From Promethearchaeota archaeon (GTDB lineage Archaea; Asgardarchaeota; Heimdallarchaeia; Hodarchaeales; Hodarchaeaceae), in NCBI GenBank assembly GCA_048938105.1, contig JBHLMN010000024.1, positions 1-64,000 on the forward strand: a DNA stretch of 64,000 nucleotides. Reading direction: 5' to 3'. Each line of letters opens with the position of its first letter. Position 1 is the first letter of the stretch. The position numbers and the translations under genes were made by a program. The notes below the pieces were generated by a model. That model had not been told where the DNA came from. It saw only the letters and a program-made list of their open reading frames with translations, and did not search any database. This document shows, piece after piece, positions 50,911 through 60,068 of this stretch.

Positions 50911-52092
50911 ATGGAATTAACCCCCGAAGAGCAAGATATGGCTGCTGGGAAGTATGGAAAGGCTACACAAACAGCGATGGAAATATTAGTCTCACTTGGC
51001 GAGATTTATGGAGCTAAACGAATGATAGACATAACTTCGGTTCAAATTGCTGGTGTAAGTTATGCAAACTTAAATGAACCTGGCCTAGAATGGTTGGAAG
51101 AAATGGCTGAAGATGGAAAAGTACGGGTATTTACCACACTTAATCCAGCAGGTATGGATCTTGAAGAATGGAAAAAATTAGCCATCAGTGAGGAGTTTGC
51201 TGAAAATCAAATCCGGGTAGTAGAAGCATTCGGAAAATTAGGAGTTATAACAACTTGCAGCTGTACTCCATATCTTTACGGGAATCTACCTCATTTTGGC
51301 CAACACATTGCTTGGTCTGAGAGTAGTGCTGTGTGTTATGCAAACTCAGTATTAGGTGCACGAACGAATCGAGAAGGTGGACCAAGTGCTCTTAGTGCAG
51401 CTCTTGTCGGAAGAACACCTGAATATGGTTTTCACTTAGATGAAAACAGAAAACCAGAAGTAAAAGTAGATGTGAAAACAAAACTTGAAGGAACATTTCA
51501 ATTTGGAGCTTTAGGAAAAGTCTTAGGGGATCGTCTCGGTAAAAAGATTTCTTATATTACCGGAATTCCCAAAGCTTCGGTTGAGGAGCTAAAATCATTT
51601 TGTGCATCATATGCAACATATGGGGGAGTAGCATTATTCCATATGGAAGGCATTACGCCTGATCGAGTTGACACAATTCCTTCTGAAACCACAGAAGTCA
51701 CTGAAGATGATATGAAAAGCGCTATTGCAGATCTTACTGAAGATACAGAGATTGATTTCATAAGTTTAGGATGTCCACATGCTTCTCTAGCGGAATTGGA
51801 ATATATTGCTAAAAAATTAGAGAATAAGAAAGTTAATCCTAACAAAGAGATATGGATAACAACAGCTCGACCTACTAAACAAATCGCAGATCGTATGGGT
51901 TTTACTAAAATGATTGAAGATTCCGGAGCAAAAGTTGCTGCAGATACCTGCTGTGTTGTAGCTCCCATTAAAGGACGATTCCATGGATTAGCATCAGACT
52001 CAGCTAAAATGTGCTATTATGGATCTGGTAGGAATAAATTCTCAGTCAAACTGATGTCAGTAGATGAATGTATAGAGGAGGCCTTAAAATGA
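50911..52092 (+). CDS. Phosphomevalonate dehydratase large subunit (AcnX catalytic domain)
   Basis: AGVSY, TTLNPAGMD, CSCTPY, WSESSA, GARTNREGG, LGCPHAS, DTC, SDSAK. Confidence 0.92.
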   Translation: MELTPEEQDMAAGKYGKATQTAMEILVSLGEIYGAKRMIDITSVQIAGVSYANLNEPGLEWLEEMAEDGKVRVFTTLNPAGMDLEEWKKLAISEEFAENQIRVVEAFGKLGVITTCSCTPYLYGNLPHFGQHIAWSESSAVCYANSVLGARTNREGGPSALSAALVGRTPEYGFHLDENRKPEVKVDVKTKLEGTFQFGALGKVLGDRLGKKISYITGIPKASVEELKSFCASYATYGGVALFHMEGITPDRVDTIPSETTEVTEDDMKSAIADLTEDTEIDFISLGCPHASLAELEYIAKKLENKKVNPNKEIWITTARPTKQIADRMGFTKMIEDSGAKVAADTCCVVAPIKGRFHGLASDSAKMCYYGSGRNKFSVKLMSVDECIEEALK

Positions 52093-52478
52093 AGCTAACA
52101 GGTAGAAAAATTTACCACGGAAAGACTGAAGGGGAAGCTCTAGTTACTAAAGACAGTATCTCGTTTTATGGCGGAGTAGACCCAGAAACAGGGATAGTAG
52201 TCGAAAAGGGTCATGAATTAGAAGGTGTGAACACTACAGATAAAATACTTGTGTTTCCAACAGGTAAAGGGTCAACGGTTGGCTCCTATGTAATCTATCA
52301 AATGGCAAAAACAGGAAAAGGGCCTAAAGCCCTTATCCTTCAAGAATGCGAAGCAATTGTAGCTGTTGGTTGCATAATCTCATCGATCCCTTGTGTGGAT
52401 CAGATTGATGTAACCCAGATCAAAACAGGAATGAATCTGACCGTGGATGGCGATAAAGGCGAAGTTGTGATAAAATAA
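52089..52478 (+). CDS. Phosphomevalonate dehydratase small subunit (AcnX swivel domain, DUF126)
   Basis: ISFYGGVDPETG, GKGSTVGSY; ATG at 52089 next to the large-subunit stop. Confidence 0.92.
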   Translation: MKLTGRKIYHGKTEGEALVTKDSISFYGGVDPETGIVVEKGHELEGVNTTDKILVFPTGKGSTVGSYVIYQMAKTGKGPKALILQECEAIVAVGCIISSIPCVDQIDVTQIKTGMNLTVDGDKGEVVIK

Positions 52479-52527
52479 TCTATAATAATCACTCTTTTTT
52501 TTTCGTATTATTTGTTTATTAAAGCCT

Positions 52528-55500
52528 TTAGCCCTTTTCTTCTTTATCACTCCATAATACATCTAACACCCGACAAATATCTATCAATCTCCAATTTTCA
52601 TACGTTAGAGCTTTTCCTTTCATAAGACCCAGAGTACTTCTATTTGTTGATGGAAAAATATCTCGTAATATATTCTTAAAATCATCTGAATCAGAGAATT
52701 CTTTCATTAGTCTTATTACTTCGATGTATTTTGCGCTCTTGTTAATATTTTTGTGTTCAATTTCAATAATTTTGTTTTCCCAGAATGATAGCCTGTTCTC
52801 CCGAAACAACGCTTCTGGAATACTTGTCTTAAAGATCGAACGATTTAATAAATCATCATCCCACTTTCCTCTATATTTTGTCCCTATTAAAAGTCGCCTT
52901 AATCCCTCCGTTGTGAATATTTCAGTAATTTCATTAGGTCTTTTTATTTGTAAATCAAACTCCAAATTGTTTCTCTTTCTTGGATGGGTTTTTTTAAGCC
53001 CTATAAGGTTCATCTCCTTTATATCAACTGATCTTTCAACAAATAAACACCTTAATTCTTGCAATTCTCTCATTCTAAATAAATAAATAGACGATTTACC
53101 AAGTAGAGCATTATAATAAATACTTCCCCCTTGTCTCACTCCCTTTACGGGAATAAATGTTTTGGGATCATCTTGTGTAAAGCTCTTATTAAAACTTGTA
53201 ATATTGGGATTGAAATGAAAAAATAGAAACATCCCAAATAAAGTTTGACCATGATTCATTTGATCCCAATTCAGTCCTTTTCTAGCATTTGAAATTAATA
53301 ATTTAGAGGAAGGAGAAAAAGAACCCTTAACTCTCCTATTCGCTTTTTGTCTTTCTATTCTTACAGAGGGTCTTTTAATCTCCCATAACGTAGCTTTATA
53401 ATCATAATCCCCATAAGCTTCTGAAGATGGGGAAATTACCATCCCATCAACACCCTGACCGTGTTCTCCTCCCAAATATAAACCATATACATATGAAAAC
53501 AACGAAATTTCTCGTGGTGTTCTAGAATGAAAAACAAAGTATTTTTTATTTGAATTTCTAGACATTACCTTTTTTTTTTGACCAGTGTTACCCCAATTTA
53601 CGCTAGAACCTTTTTTAAACCATTTGGATGCCATAGCAACTGATTTTTCCTCTGGGAATCCAATAATTCTGAATAATGAATAAATTGTTGGAATATAAGC
53701 TGCCCTAAGTCTCAAGTCATTTGTCATCCTTTTATTCGAATGCCACTTCCTAAATAATTTGCTACCATGATTAACATCTTCAGGAGCAGCTGCATATTCA
53801 AAAACATTGATTTTTAATTGGTTAATATTCCGTAATGTGTCAATTGGGTTATTGAAATATAATCTTGCACTTTCAGGGAAAACATCTTTTGAAATTCTAG
53901 GAATTCCACTGAGTTCTCTAGACCTCCACCGTTCACCTACATCAATCTGTGTGGTTAAATTGTTAAAAGAACATAAAAACATCGATGTTAATGTGACTGT
54001 TTTCATCAATATATCTGTGTGTGCTGATTCAGGAAAATGGTTTAATGGTTTACTTGGAGAGAGCCATAAATTTCTTCCAATATTATAAATCTCTTGAGTA
54101 ATAGCCAAAAATCTTGGATCATTTGCATCCATCAGATAATCGACAGCTAAAGATGCAATGCGTGATACAACATTTACAGATAACTCTAAGTTAGCCTTTG
54201 ATAAAGCATTTTTCTCTGCCTTTCCAAACTGTAGTGCACCTCTATCATGCCTTCCTTCAATATCTGCGAATAATTCACCAAATTTTGTTTTAATTTTTTC
54301 CCTCATATTTCGCCTATCTATTCTCCCATCAATTATCACGCTTGGTGGTTTAATATTTAAAACGTCAAGAAATCCACCCTTTTTTGTAATTTCTTTGATC
54401 TTTTCTTTCTCTAATAGTCTTATAAGATTAATCATTGAAAGAAATCTTTCAGTAGTTCTTATTTCCAATAATGAATCTGTTATTTCTTTGAATTTTGTAA
54501 AACTGAATGTCTCAAATACTTTATTGAGTAAATGATTATTAACAAAACTCTTGATTGACATATTGGGGGAGATATTGATGTTTGGTTGAATAAATTCATT
54601 ATGATAAGAACTAAACTCTAAAGACTTTGAAAACTTATAAAGTGTTGATAAATTAGTATCAACGATAGAACGTATTCCTGTTGAACCTTTAGTTGTACCT
54701 ATTAACACTTTAATATCAATAAAAGGAGATTTAAGTATGTATTCTAATCTCTCTAGATATTTCTCATTTTCTAGCGTGAGTTTTCTTTGAGAATCAAAAA
54801 CTCGAATCAACTCTGATCTAACATCGTTGTGAATTGGTGATAAAACACCATTAATTCCTAAATCTTCCAAACTAGTTATTACTTCGCCAATTGAAGATTT
54901 TTCTGTATCCACCAAAAGAAACAATCGAATGATATCATATTCCCTTTTAACCAGTTCATTTAATTCCCAATTTTTCAATAGATGAACATTGTCGATATGT
55001 CTTTCTCTTCTCACTGATATCATTGTTAAAGCTTCATTGATATTCTTGGTTGCCTCATCTATAAGGTTGAAAGTCTGTTGAAAACTCATCAGATCATTAT
55101 TTTCAAGATCTTCGTAGAAGTTAACACTAAATTTGTTGTTAAATTCTTTTTCTCTTAATACAACCTCTATTGCAATTCTTTTTGATCTATTTACACTCTT
55201 TGAGTCGGAATTCGTGAGTTTTGTGAACAGTTGTCCTTCAAGACTCTCCATGTCATTAAAATTAAAGAAGAGCGTCTTTACGGAATCTTCTCTTGATTGA
55301 TTCTTTTGTAATAGCTTAAACAACTGTTGATCTTTGTTTTTCATTTTGATTTTCTGTTCTTTTTCAAGTTGTTCAACAGATTTCTCGTTAGCAGCTTGTT
55401 GTGAATTTTCAAGTGACACAAGTTGTTGTAGTGTTCTTTCCTTTATGGACTCTTGGAACTGTGTTTCGTTTTCAGCAGACACGGGCTGTTGGGATATGTG

Positions 55501-55659
55501 GTTAGAACGTTCGATATTCCCATTTAGATCTTGCTGGATTAGTGTGGTTTCTTCTCTCTTTTGGAGATCAAGGTTTACCTCCTGACACCTCTCAATCTCT
55601 TTGATTTTTATTGTTTCTTTTGTTGGCTTTGAATAATGCTCTTTCTCTATTTTTGATTC
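52528..55659 (-). CDS. Orphan alternative C-terminal cassette of the giant protein, with a PD-(D/E)xK-like motif
   Basis: Frame is open upstream of GTG 55482 up to the junction motif ESKIEKEHYSKPTKETIKIKEIER (55659-55588); GQGVDG...LWEIK. Confidence 0.65.
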   Translation of the reverse strand, partial: ESKIEKEHYSKPTKETIKIKEIERCQEVNLDLQKREETTLIQQDLNGNIERSNHISQQPVSAENETQFQESIKERTLQQLVSLENSQQAANEKSVEQLEKEQKIKMKNKDQQLFKLLQKNQSREDSVKTLFFNFNDMESLEGQLFTKLTNSDSKSVNRSKRIAIEVVLREKEFNNKFSVNFYEDLENNDLMSFQQTFNLIDEATKNINEALTMISVRRERHIDNVHLLKNWELNELVKREYDIIRLFLLVDTEKSSIGEVITSLEDLGINGVLSPIHNDVRSELIRVFDSQRKLTLENEKYLERLEYILKSPFIDIKVLIGTTKGSTGIRSIVDTNLSTLYKFSKSLEFSSYHNEFIQPNINISPNMSIKSFVNNHLLNKVFETFSFTKFKEITDSLLEIRTTERFLSMINLIRLLEKEKIKEITKKGGFLDVLNIKPPSVIIDGRIDRRNMREKIKTKFGELFADIEGRHDRGALQFGKAEKNALSKANLELSVNVVSRIASLAVDYLMDANDPRFLAITQEIYNIGRNLWLSPSKPLNHFPESAHTDILMKTVTLTSMFLCSFNNLTTQIDVGERWRSRELSGIPRISKDVFPESARLYFNNPIDTLRNINQLKINVFEYAAAPEDVNHGSKLFRKWHSNKRMTNDLRLRAAYIPTIYSLFRIIGFPEEKSVAMASKWFKKGSSVNWGNTGQKKKVMSRNSNKKYFVFHSRTPREISLFSYVYGLYLGGEHGQGVDGMVISPSSEAYGDYDYKATLWEIKRPSVRIERQKANRRVKGSFSPSSKLLISNARKGLNWDQMNHGQTLFGMFLFFHFNPNITSFNKSFTQDDPKTFIPVKGVRQGGSIYYNALLGKSSIYLFRMRELQELRCLFVERSVDIKEMNLIGLKKTHPRKRNNLEFDLQIKRPNEITEIFTTEGLRRLLIGTKYRGKWDDDLLNRSIFKTSIPEALFRENRLSFWENKIIEIEHKNINKSAKYIEVIRLMKEFSDSDDFKNILRDIFPSTNRSTLGLMKGKALTYENWRLIDICRVLDVLWSDKEEKG

Positions 55660-55660
55660 A

Positions 55661-56024
55661 CGCCCATTTTCCTGAATGTTTTTACTACACGAAGTTGGTT
55701 TTTCCCGAATTCCTCACTGATGGCTAATTTTTTTCCATTCTTCAAGATCCATTCTGTACCAAAGTCAATAGACTAAGATTTTCCAGCAGGATTAAGAATG
55801 GTAAAAATTCGTACTTTACCATCAATAGCCATTTCAGCTAACCATTCTAGGCCTGGTTCATTTAAGTTTGCATAACTTACACCTGCAATCTGAACCGAAG
55901 TTATGTCTATCAAGCGCTTAGCACCGTATATCTCACCAAGCGCGACTAATATTTCCATAGCTTTTTGTGTGGCTTTTCCATATTTCCCTGCTGCCATATC
56001 TTGTTCTTCAGGAGTTTGTTCCAT
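55661..56024 (-). pseudogene. Inverted 5' fragment of the PMDh large subunit (~110 codons) with a 29-nt insertion and +1 frameshift
   Basis: MEQTPEEQDMAAGKYGKATQ...NPAG [insert] MDLEEWKK/LAISEEFGKNQLRVVKTFRKMGV matches the 50911 gene. Confidence 0.9.
55752..55780 (-). other. Candidate BHB intron in a protein-coding sequence
   Basis: CTGG-AA|A-ATCTTAGTC-TATT-GACTTTGGT-ACAG-AA|T; excision restores GCT GGA ATG GAT (AGMD). Confidence 0.6.
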
Positions 56025-56262
56025 TTTCTTTATCTACTTATTTTCTTGAATCTATTTTATTTAATTTAAGTTGGAGAAAATGACGAATTAATTTATTTAT
56101 CTATTGGTATTTTCTGATAGTGTAAAGAAATATTAGCTTTAATGACCCTTTTCTAAAAGGAGTATATACAAAAATTATATCTAGAATGATGTTTACAATA
56201 GAATAACGAAATAAATATTAAAATAAAAAGGAATACTACGTTATAGTGACATTAGTGTAATA

Positions 56263-56367
56263 ATAATAAGCAAAATTCCCTGTGTAGATCAAATTGATAC
56301 AACTAAAATAACAACTGGATCGAAAATAGTCCTAGATGCCAGCACTGGCGTGGTTGAAGTAGAATAG
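56263..56367 (+). pseudogene. 3' remnant of a PMDh small subunit gene
   Basis: IISKIPCVDQIDTTKITTGSKIVLDASTGVVEVE*, 18/34 identical to the C-terminus of the 52089 protein; directly upstream of ubiX. Confidence 0.85.
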
Positions 56368-56459
56368 ATCGGAAATTTCATCTTCAACTAATCACCATTT
56401 CCTCCTTTTTCACAAGATAATAGGAAAAGCTGGTAATATTATTGAAGGTGTGAAATCTT

Positions 56460-57032
56460 GTGAAGCCAAAGAAAATAATTGTCGGGTTAACTGGTGCTTC
56501 TGGAATACAATACGGAATCGAAGTTATCAAAGCCTTGGTAGAAAGTAAAATCGAAACTCATGTTATTTTGAGTAAATGGGCAGAATTTGTACTTCAAGAT
56601 GAAGTGGGTATTAAAAGCTCAGAAATTAAAAAAATGGCTTTTCAAGCATATAATAGTAAAGAGATGAATGCACCTCTTTCTAGTAGCTCAACATTGATAG
56701 ATGGAATGGTAGTTATACCAGCTACAGTGAAAACAGTAAGTAATATCGCTACTGCGAATACTGGAAATTTGATCTCCCGAGCAGCAGACATAATGCTGAA
56801 AATGCGACGACCGTTGATCATTGGAATCCGTGAGACTCCTCTAAGCCCACCTTGCCTTCATAATCTGTCCCAGTTAGCTATTTATGGGGCAATTATTCTT
56901 CCGTTAAGTCCAGGATTCTATCATAAACCTCAAAATATTCAGGATTTGTTTGATTTTATAACTGGGAAAGTTTTAGATTGTTTAAATGTTCCAAATGAAA
57001 AATATCGACGTTGGAACAAAAAGGAGCCTTAA
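56460..57032 (+). CDS. ubiX: Flavin prenyltransferase UbiX
   Basis: GLTGASG, NLISRAAD, RETPL, PGFYHKP. Confidence 0.92.
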   Translation: MKPKKIIVGLTGASGIQYGIEVIKALVESKIETHVILSKWAEFVLQDEVGIKSSEIKKMAFQAYNSKEMNAPLSSSSTLIDGMVVIPATVKTVSNIATANTGNLISRAADIMLKMRRPLIIGIRETPLSPPCLHNLSQLAIYGAIILPLSPGFYHKPQNIQDLFDFITGKVLDCLNVPNEKYRRWNKKEP

Positions 57033-57038
57033 AAAGAC

Positions 57039-58172
57039 ATGGAAACGGAGTATAAGGTTGTTAAAGATATCCTTGAGAAAAAGGCCAATTTAACCTCTGA
57101 CAGAAAGTTAGCGCATATCCAAATCTGCTTGGAACACGACGTTCAAGCCCGAAACACTACAACAGGTCTGGAAGACATTTCTTTTGTTCATCATGCAACA
57201 ACTGATTTGAATCTTGATGAAATTGATTTATCGGTCAAGATTTTTAATAAAAAACTCTCTGTTCCCTTAATCATTTCAGGGATGACTGGAGGCCATGATT
57301 TTGCCCATAAGCTGAATGCTTTCTTATCTCAAGCAGTTAATCAAACCAATATTGGTATGGGAGTCGGTAGTCAGCGGGCAGCGTTAGAAAATGAAGAAGT
57401 GAAAGAATCTTTTAACGTTGTCAGAGAACATGCTCCCGACTCATTAATTATTGGAAATATCGGAGCAGGCCAAATAGCTCAAGGGCTTACTAATGTTCAA
57501 TTCCAAGAAATCATCAATATGATTAACGCTGATGCTGTTGCGGTGCATTTTAATCCCCTTCAGGAGGCGATCCAACCTGAAGGTGACACCCAATTAAGAG
57601 GCCTGCATGAAAAAATTGAACAAATAATACACGAACATTCAGTCCCCCTAATTGCCAAGGAGGTGGGCTCAGGGTTTAGTCTTCACGATATTAAGCAAGC
57701 CAAGAAGATGGGGTTCAAAGCAATTGATATTCAAGGAGCTGGAGGAACCTCGTGGGCTGGAGTGGAAGCCATTCGGACACTTATACCGAAGTATAAGGAC
57801 GCTGGTGAAGTTTTCTGGGATTGGGGAGTCCAAACAGCTCTCAGTACAATATTAGCTACAAAGAATTTTGAGGGAATCATCATTGGTTCGGGTGGGATAA
57901 GAAATGGATTAGATATTGCGAAATTAATTGCCTTGGGAGCAGATGCAGCAGGGATGGCTATTCCATTTTTATTTGCAGTTCAGAAACACTCTACAGAGGC
58001 AGTTGTGCAGAAAATTGAAGAGATAACCTATCAGCTAAAATTGGCTTGTTTTCTTACTGGTTCTCAGAATGTCTTAGATTTAAAAAAAGCCCCTCTTGTA
58101 ATTACTGGGAAAACAGCCGAACTTCTGAAACTCCATGGAGTCGATCCCTCAACCTATTATTCTAGAGAATAA
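57039..58172 (+). CDS. fni: Type 2 isopentenyl-diphosphate delta-isomerase
   Basis: RKLAHI, SGMTGG, GVGSQR, HFNPLQE..QPEGD, KEVGSG, GAGGTSW. Confidence 0.95.
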   Translation: METEYKVVKDILEKKANLTSDRKLAHIQICLEHDVQARNTTTGLEDISFVHHATTDLNLDEIDLSVKIFNKKLSVPLIISGMTGGHDFAHKLNAFLSQAVNQTNIGMGVGSQRAALENEEVKESFNVVREHAPDSLIIGNIGAGQIAQGLTNVQFQEIINMINADAVAVHFNPLQEAIQPEGDTQLRGLHEKIEQIIHEHSVPLIAKEVGSGFSLHDIKQAKKMGFKAIDIQGAGGTSWAGVEAIRTLIPKYKDAGEVFWDWGVQTALSTILATKNFEGIIIGSGGIRNGLDIAKLIALGADAAGMAIPFLFAVQKHSTEAVVQKIEEITYQLKLACFLTGSQNVLDLKKAPLVITGKTAELLKLHGVDPSTYYSRE

Positions 58173-58919
58173 TAGCCAAAACAATCCTTGCTTGCGTAAC
58201 TACAAATCTAATTTATTCCTACATCTTATCTTATGTTTATGAGTATTAAATCCATCTATGATTTATTACCAGACGAATTAGGTTTCGAAAAGGAATCGCG
58301 AATGTCTATTAAACAAATTCCTCTCTTTTTGTCATAAATCCCGAATATAATTTATTGATGGTTTTTAATTCAGAAAATACATAATTAAAAATGGTTCCAA
58401 AGGTTTTTATAGATCTTATAACCTTTAATCAGCCATTAATACTGTATATCAGTAAGCTGGTCTTTTTCCCATGTATTTTCTACTCGATCTCGATTTTCAA
58501 TATTTTAAGTGAAGTTAACTATAAAAAATAAATTATTTATGACTATACTTTCCTTATAACCGCATTAAAATAGTTTAACATCAAAATTAAACTATATTCA
58601 TATATGAAATATAAATATTTTATAGTAATTTGTTACTATTATAGTTGTATTATTTATATATATTAGGTTTAATATATACAAAAAGTTAATAAAGAAACTC
58701 TGGAATATCTACTTGTATTGGAAAATCAATATTTCTCTTATGCTTAATTCTTAGAGAAAAAATCTCGTAGAAAAGAGATACAGTTCTAATTTCCTAAGAA
58801 ATTATCATTTTGATTAGCATTTCTTTTCTTAACAAAATAAATAGCAAATAAAAAACAATTTATTTACTAAATTAGCTTTTAAGGAATAAGAATTATTTAA
58901 AACTAACAGGAGGCTTCAT

Positions 58920-60068
58920 ATGAGAAATAAAAGGATTCAAGACAGCTCTATATCTATTCTCGGCTTAGGAAATGGAGGACATGCTTTTGCAGCTTATGCT
59001 AAATCAAAAGGCTATAAAGTTAAGATTTGGAATCGATCTACTTCTGTTCTTGAAGCGATAAAAGAGAATAAAGGTATTACATCCTCAGGATTATTGGAGG
59101 GACATTTTGACATTGATGTAGTATCACATTCAATTTATGAAGTGATTAGAGAAAGTAAGATAATAATAGTGGTAACGACCGCTAATGCGCATAAAGAAAT
59201 AGCAACAAGAATTGCTCCTTATTTGGATGATAATCAAATCGTTGTTTTAAATCCAGGGCGAACTGGAGGTGCAATTGAAGTTAGAAATGCCATCCGAAAC
59301 AATAATGGCCCTTTTAAACCACAAATAGTAGAAGCTCAATCTCTTCTATTTGTGTCTCGATGCTCAAAACCCAGCCAAGTAACAATTTCAGGGATAAAAA
59401 GAAGAGTACCAGTTTCAGCATTTCCATCCTGTGATAATAATCAAGTCATACCTTTCTTAAAAGACCTTAATAGTGCTTTTTGGGAAACGGAGTCTGTGTT
59501 GAACACTTCTTTTGATAATATTGGTGCGATATTTCACCCAACTCCTTTATTATTGAATGTTGCTAGATGTGAGGATCCAAAAGTTAATTATCGACATTAT
59601 ATTGACGGTGTTTCCCCCTCTGTTGCTTCTTTCTTAGAAAAAATGGACAATGAACGAGTAGCTATAGCAGATGCTTACGGAGTACAAGCAATTGCTTTAA
59701 AAAAATGGTTAAATACAGTCTATGGAAGCAATGGAAGTACTCTATATGAAACCATTCATAATACGAAAGAATATCAGAACGTTATGGCACCATCAACATT
59801 AAATGTCCGTTATATATTTGAAGATATTCCAACAGGTTTAATTCCGTTATCTAGCTTTGGAGATGAAGCTGAAGTTCCGACTCCTTTCATTGATGCTATT
59901 ATTAATTTGGCTAATTGTATGTTCAATAAGGATTATAGAGCTCTTGGTAGAACTGTTGAGTCATTAGAGCTCAATAAAATTCCATCCTACCTATTAAAAG
60001 AGTATATGACTCTTGGTGATGAATTCTATATCGAAATAATGAAACGGGAGAGTGTATTAGAGGAATGA
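58920..60068 (+). CDS. NAD(P)-dependent octopine/nopaline (opine) dehydrogenase family protein
   Basis: GLGNGG, LNPGRTGGA, NIGAIFHP, RYIFEDIPTGL. Confidence 0.88.
   Translation: MRNKRIQDSSISILGLGNGGHAFAAYAKSKGYKVKIWNRSTSVLEAIKENKGITSSGLLEGHFDIDVVSHSIYEVIRESKIIIVVTTANAHKEIATRIAPYLDDNQIVVLNPGRTGGAIEVRNAIRNNNGPFKPQIVEAQSLLFVSRCSKPSQVTISGIKRRVPVSAFPSCDNNQVIPFLKDLNSAFWETESVLNTSFDNIGAIFHPTPLLLNVARCEDPKVNYRHYIDGVSPSVASFLEKMDNERVAIADAYGVQAIALKKWLNTVYGSNGSTLYETIHNTKEYQNVMAPSTLNVRYIFEDIPTGLIPLSSFGDEAEVPTPFIDAIINLANCMFNKDYRALGRTVESLELNKIPSYLLKEYMTLGDEFYIEIMKRESVLEE

Larger units (their letters stand above)
42351..56262. mobile_element. Accessory island interrupting the mevalonate operon (no integrase seen)
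   Basis: Orphan RBS AGGAGGT at 42338-42344 on the left, PMDh-S 3' remnant on the right, unrelated cargo genes and duplicated PMDh fragments; boundaries approximate. Confidence 0.65.

Noticed and set aside
48123-55659. Active shufflon or phase-variable inversion between the two junction motifs
   Set aside because: The repeats are only ~71% identical and no recombinase is encoded in the window; kept only as a historical breakpoint.
55773-56024. Functional 83-aa PMDh-like protein
   Set aside because: It is a truncated duplicate; its stop lies inside the 29-nt insert and a frameshift follows.
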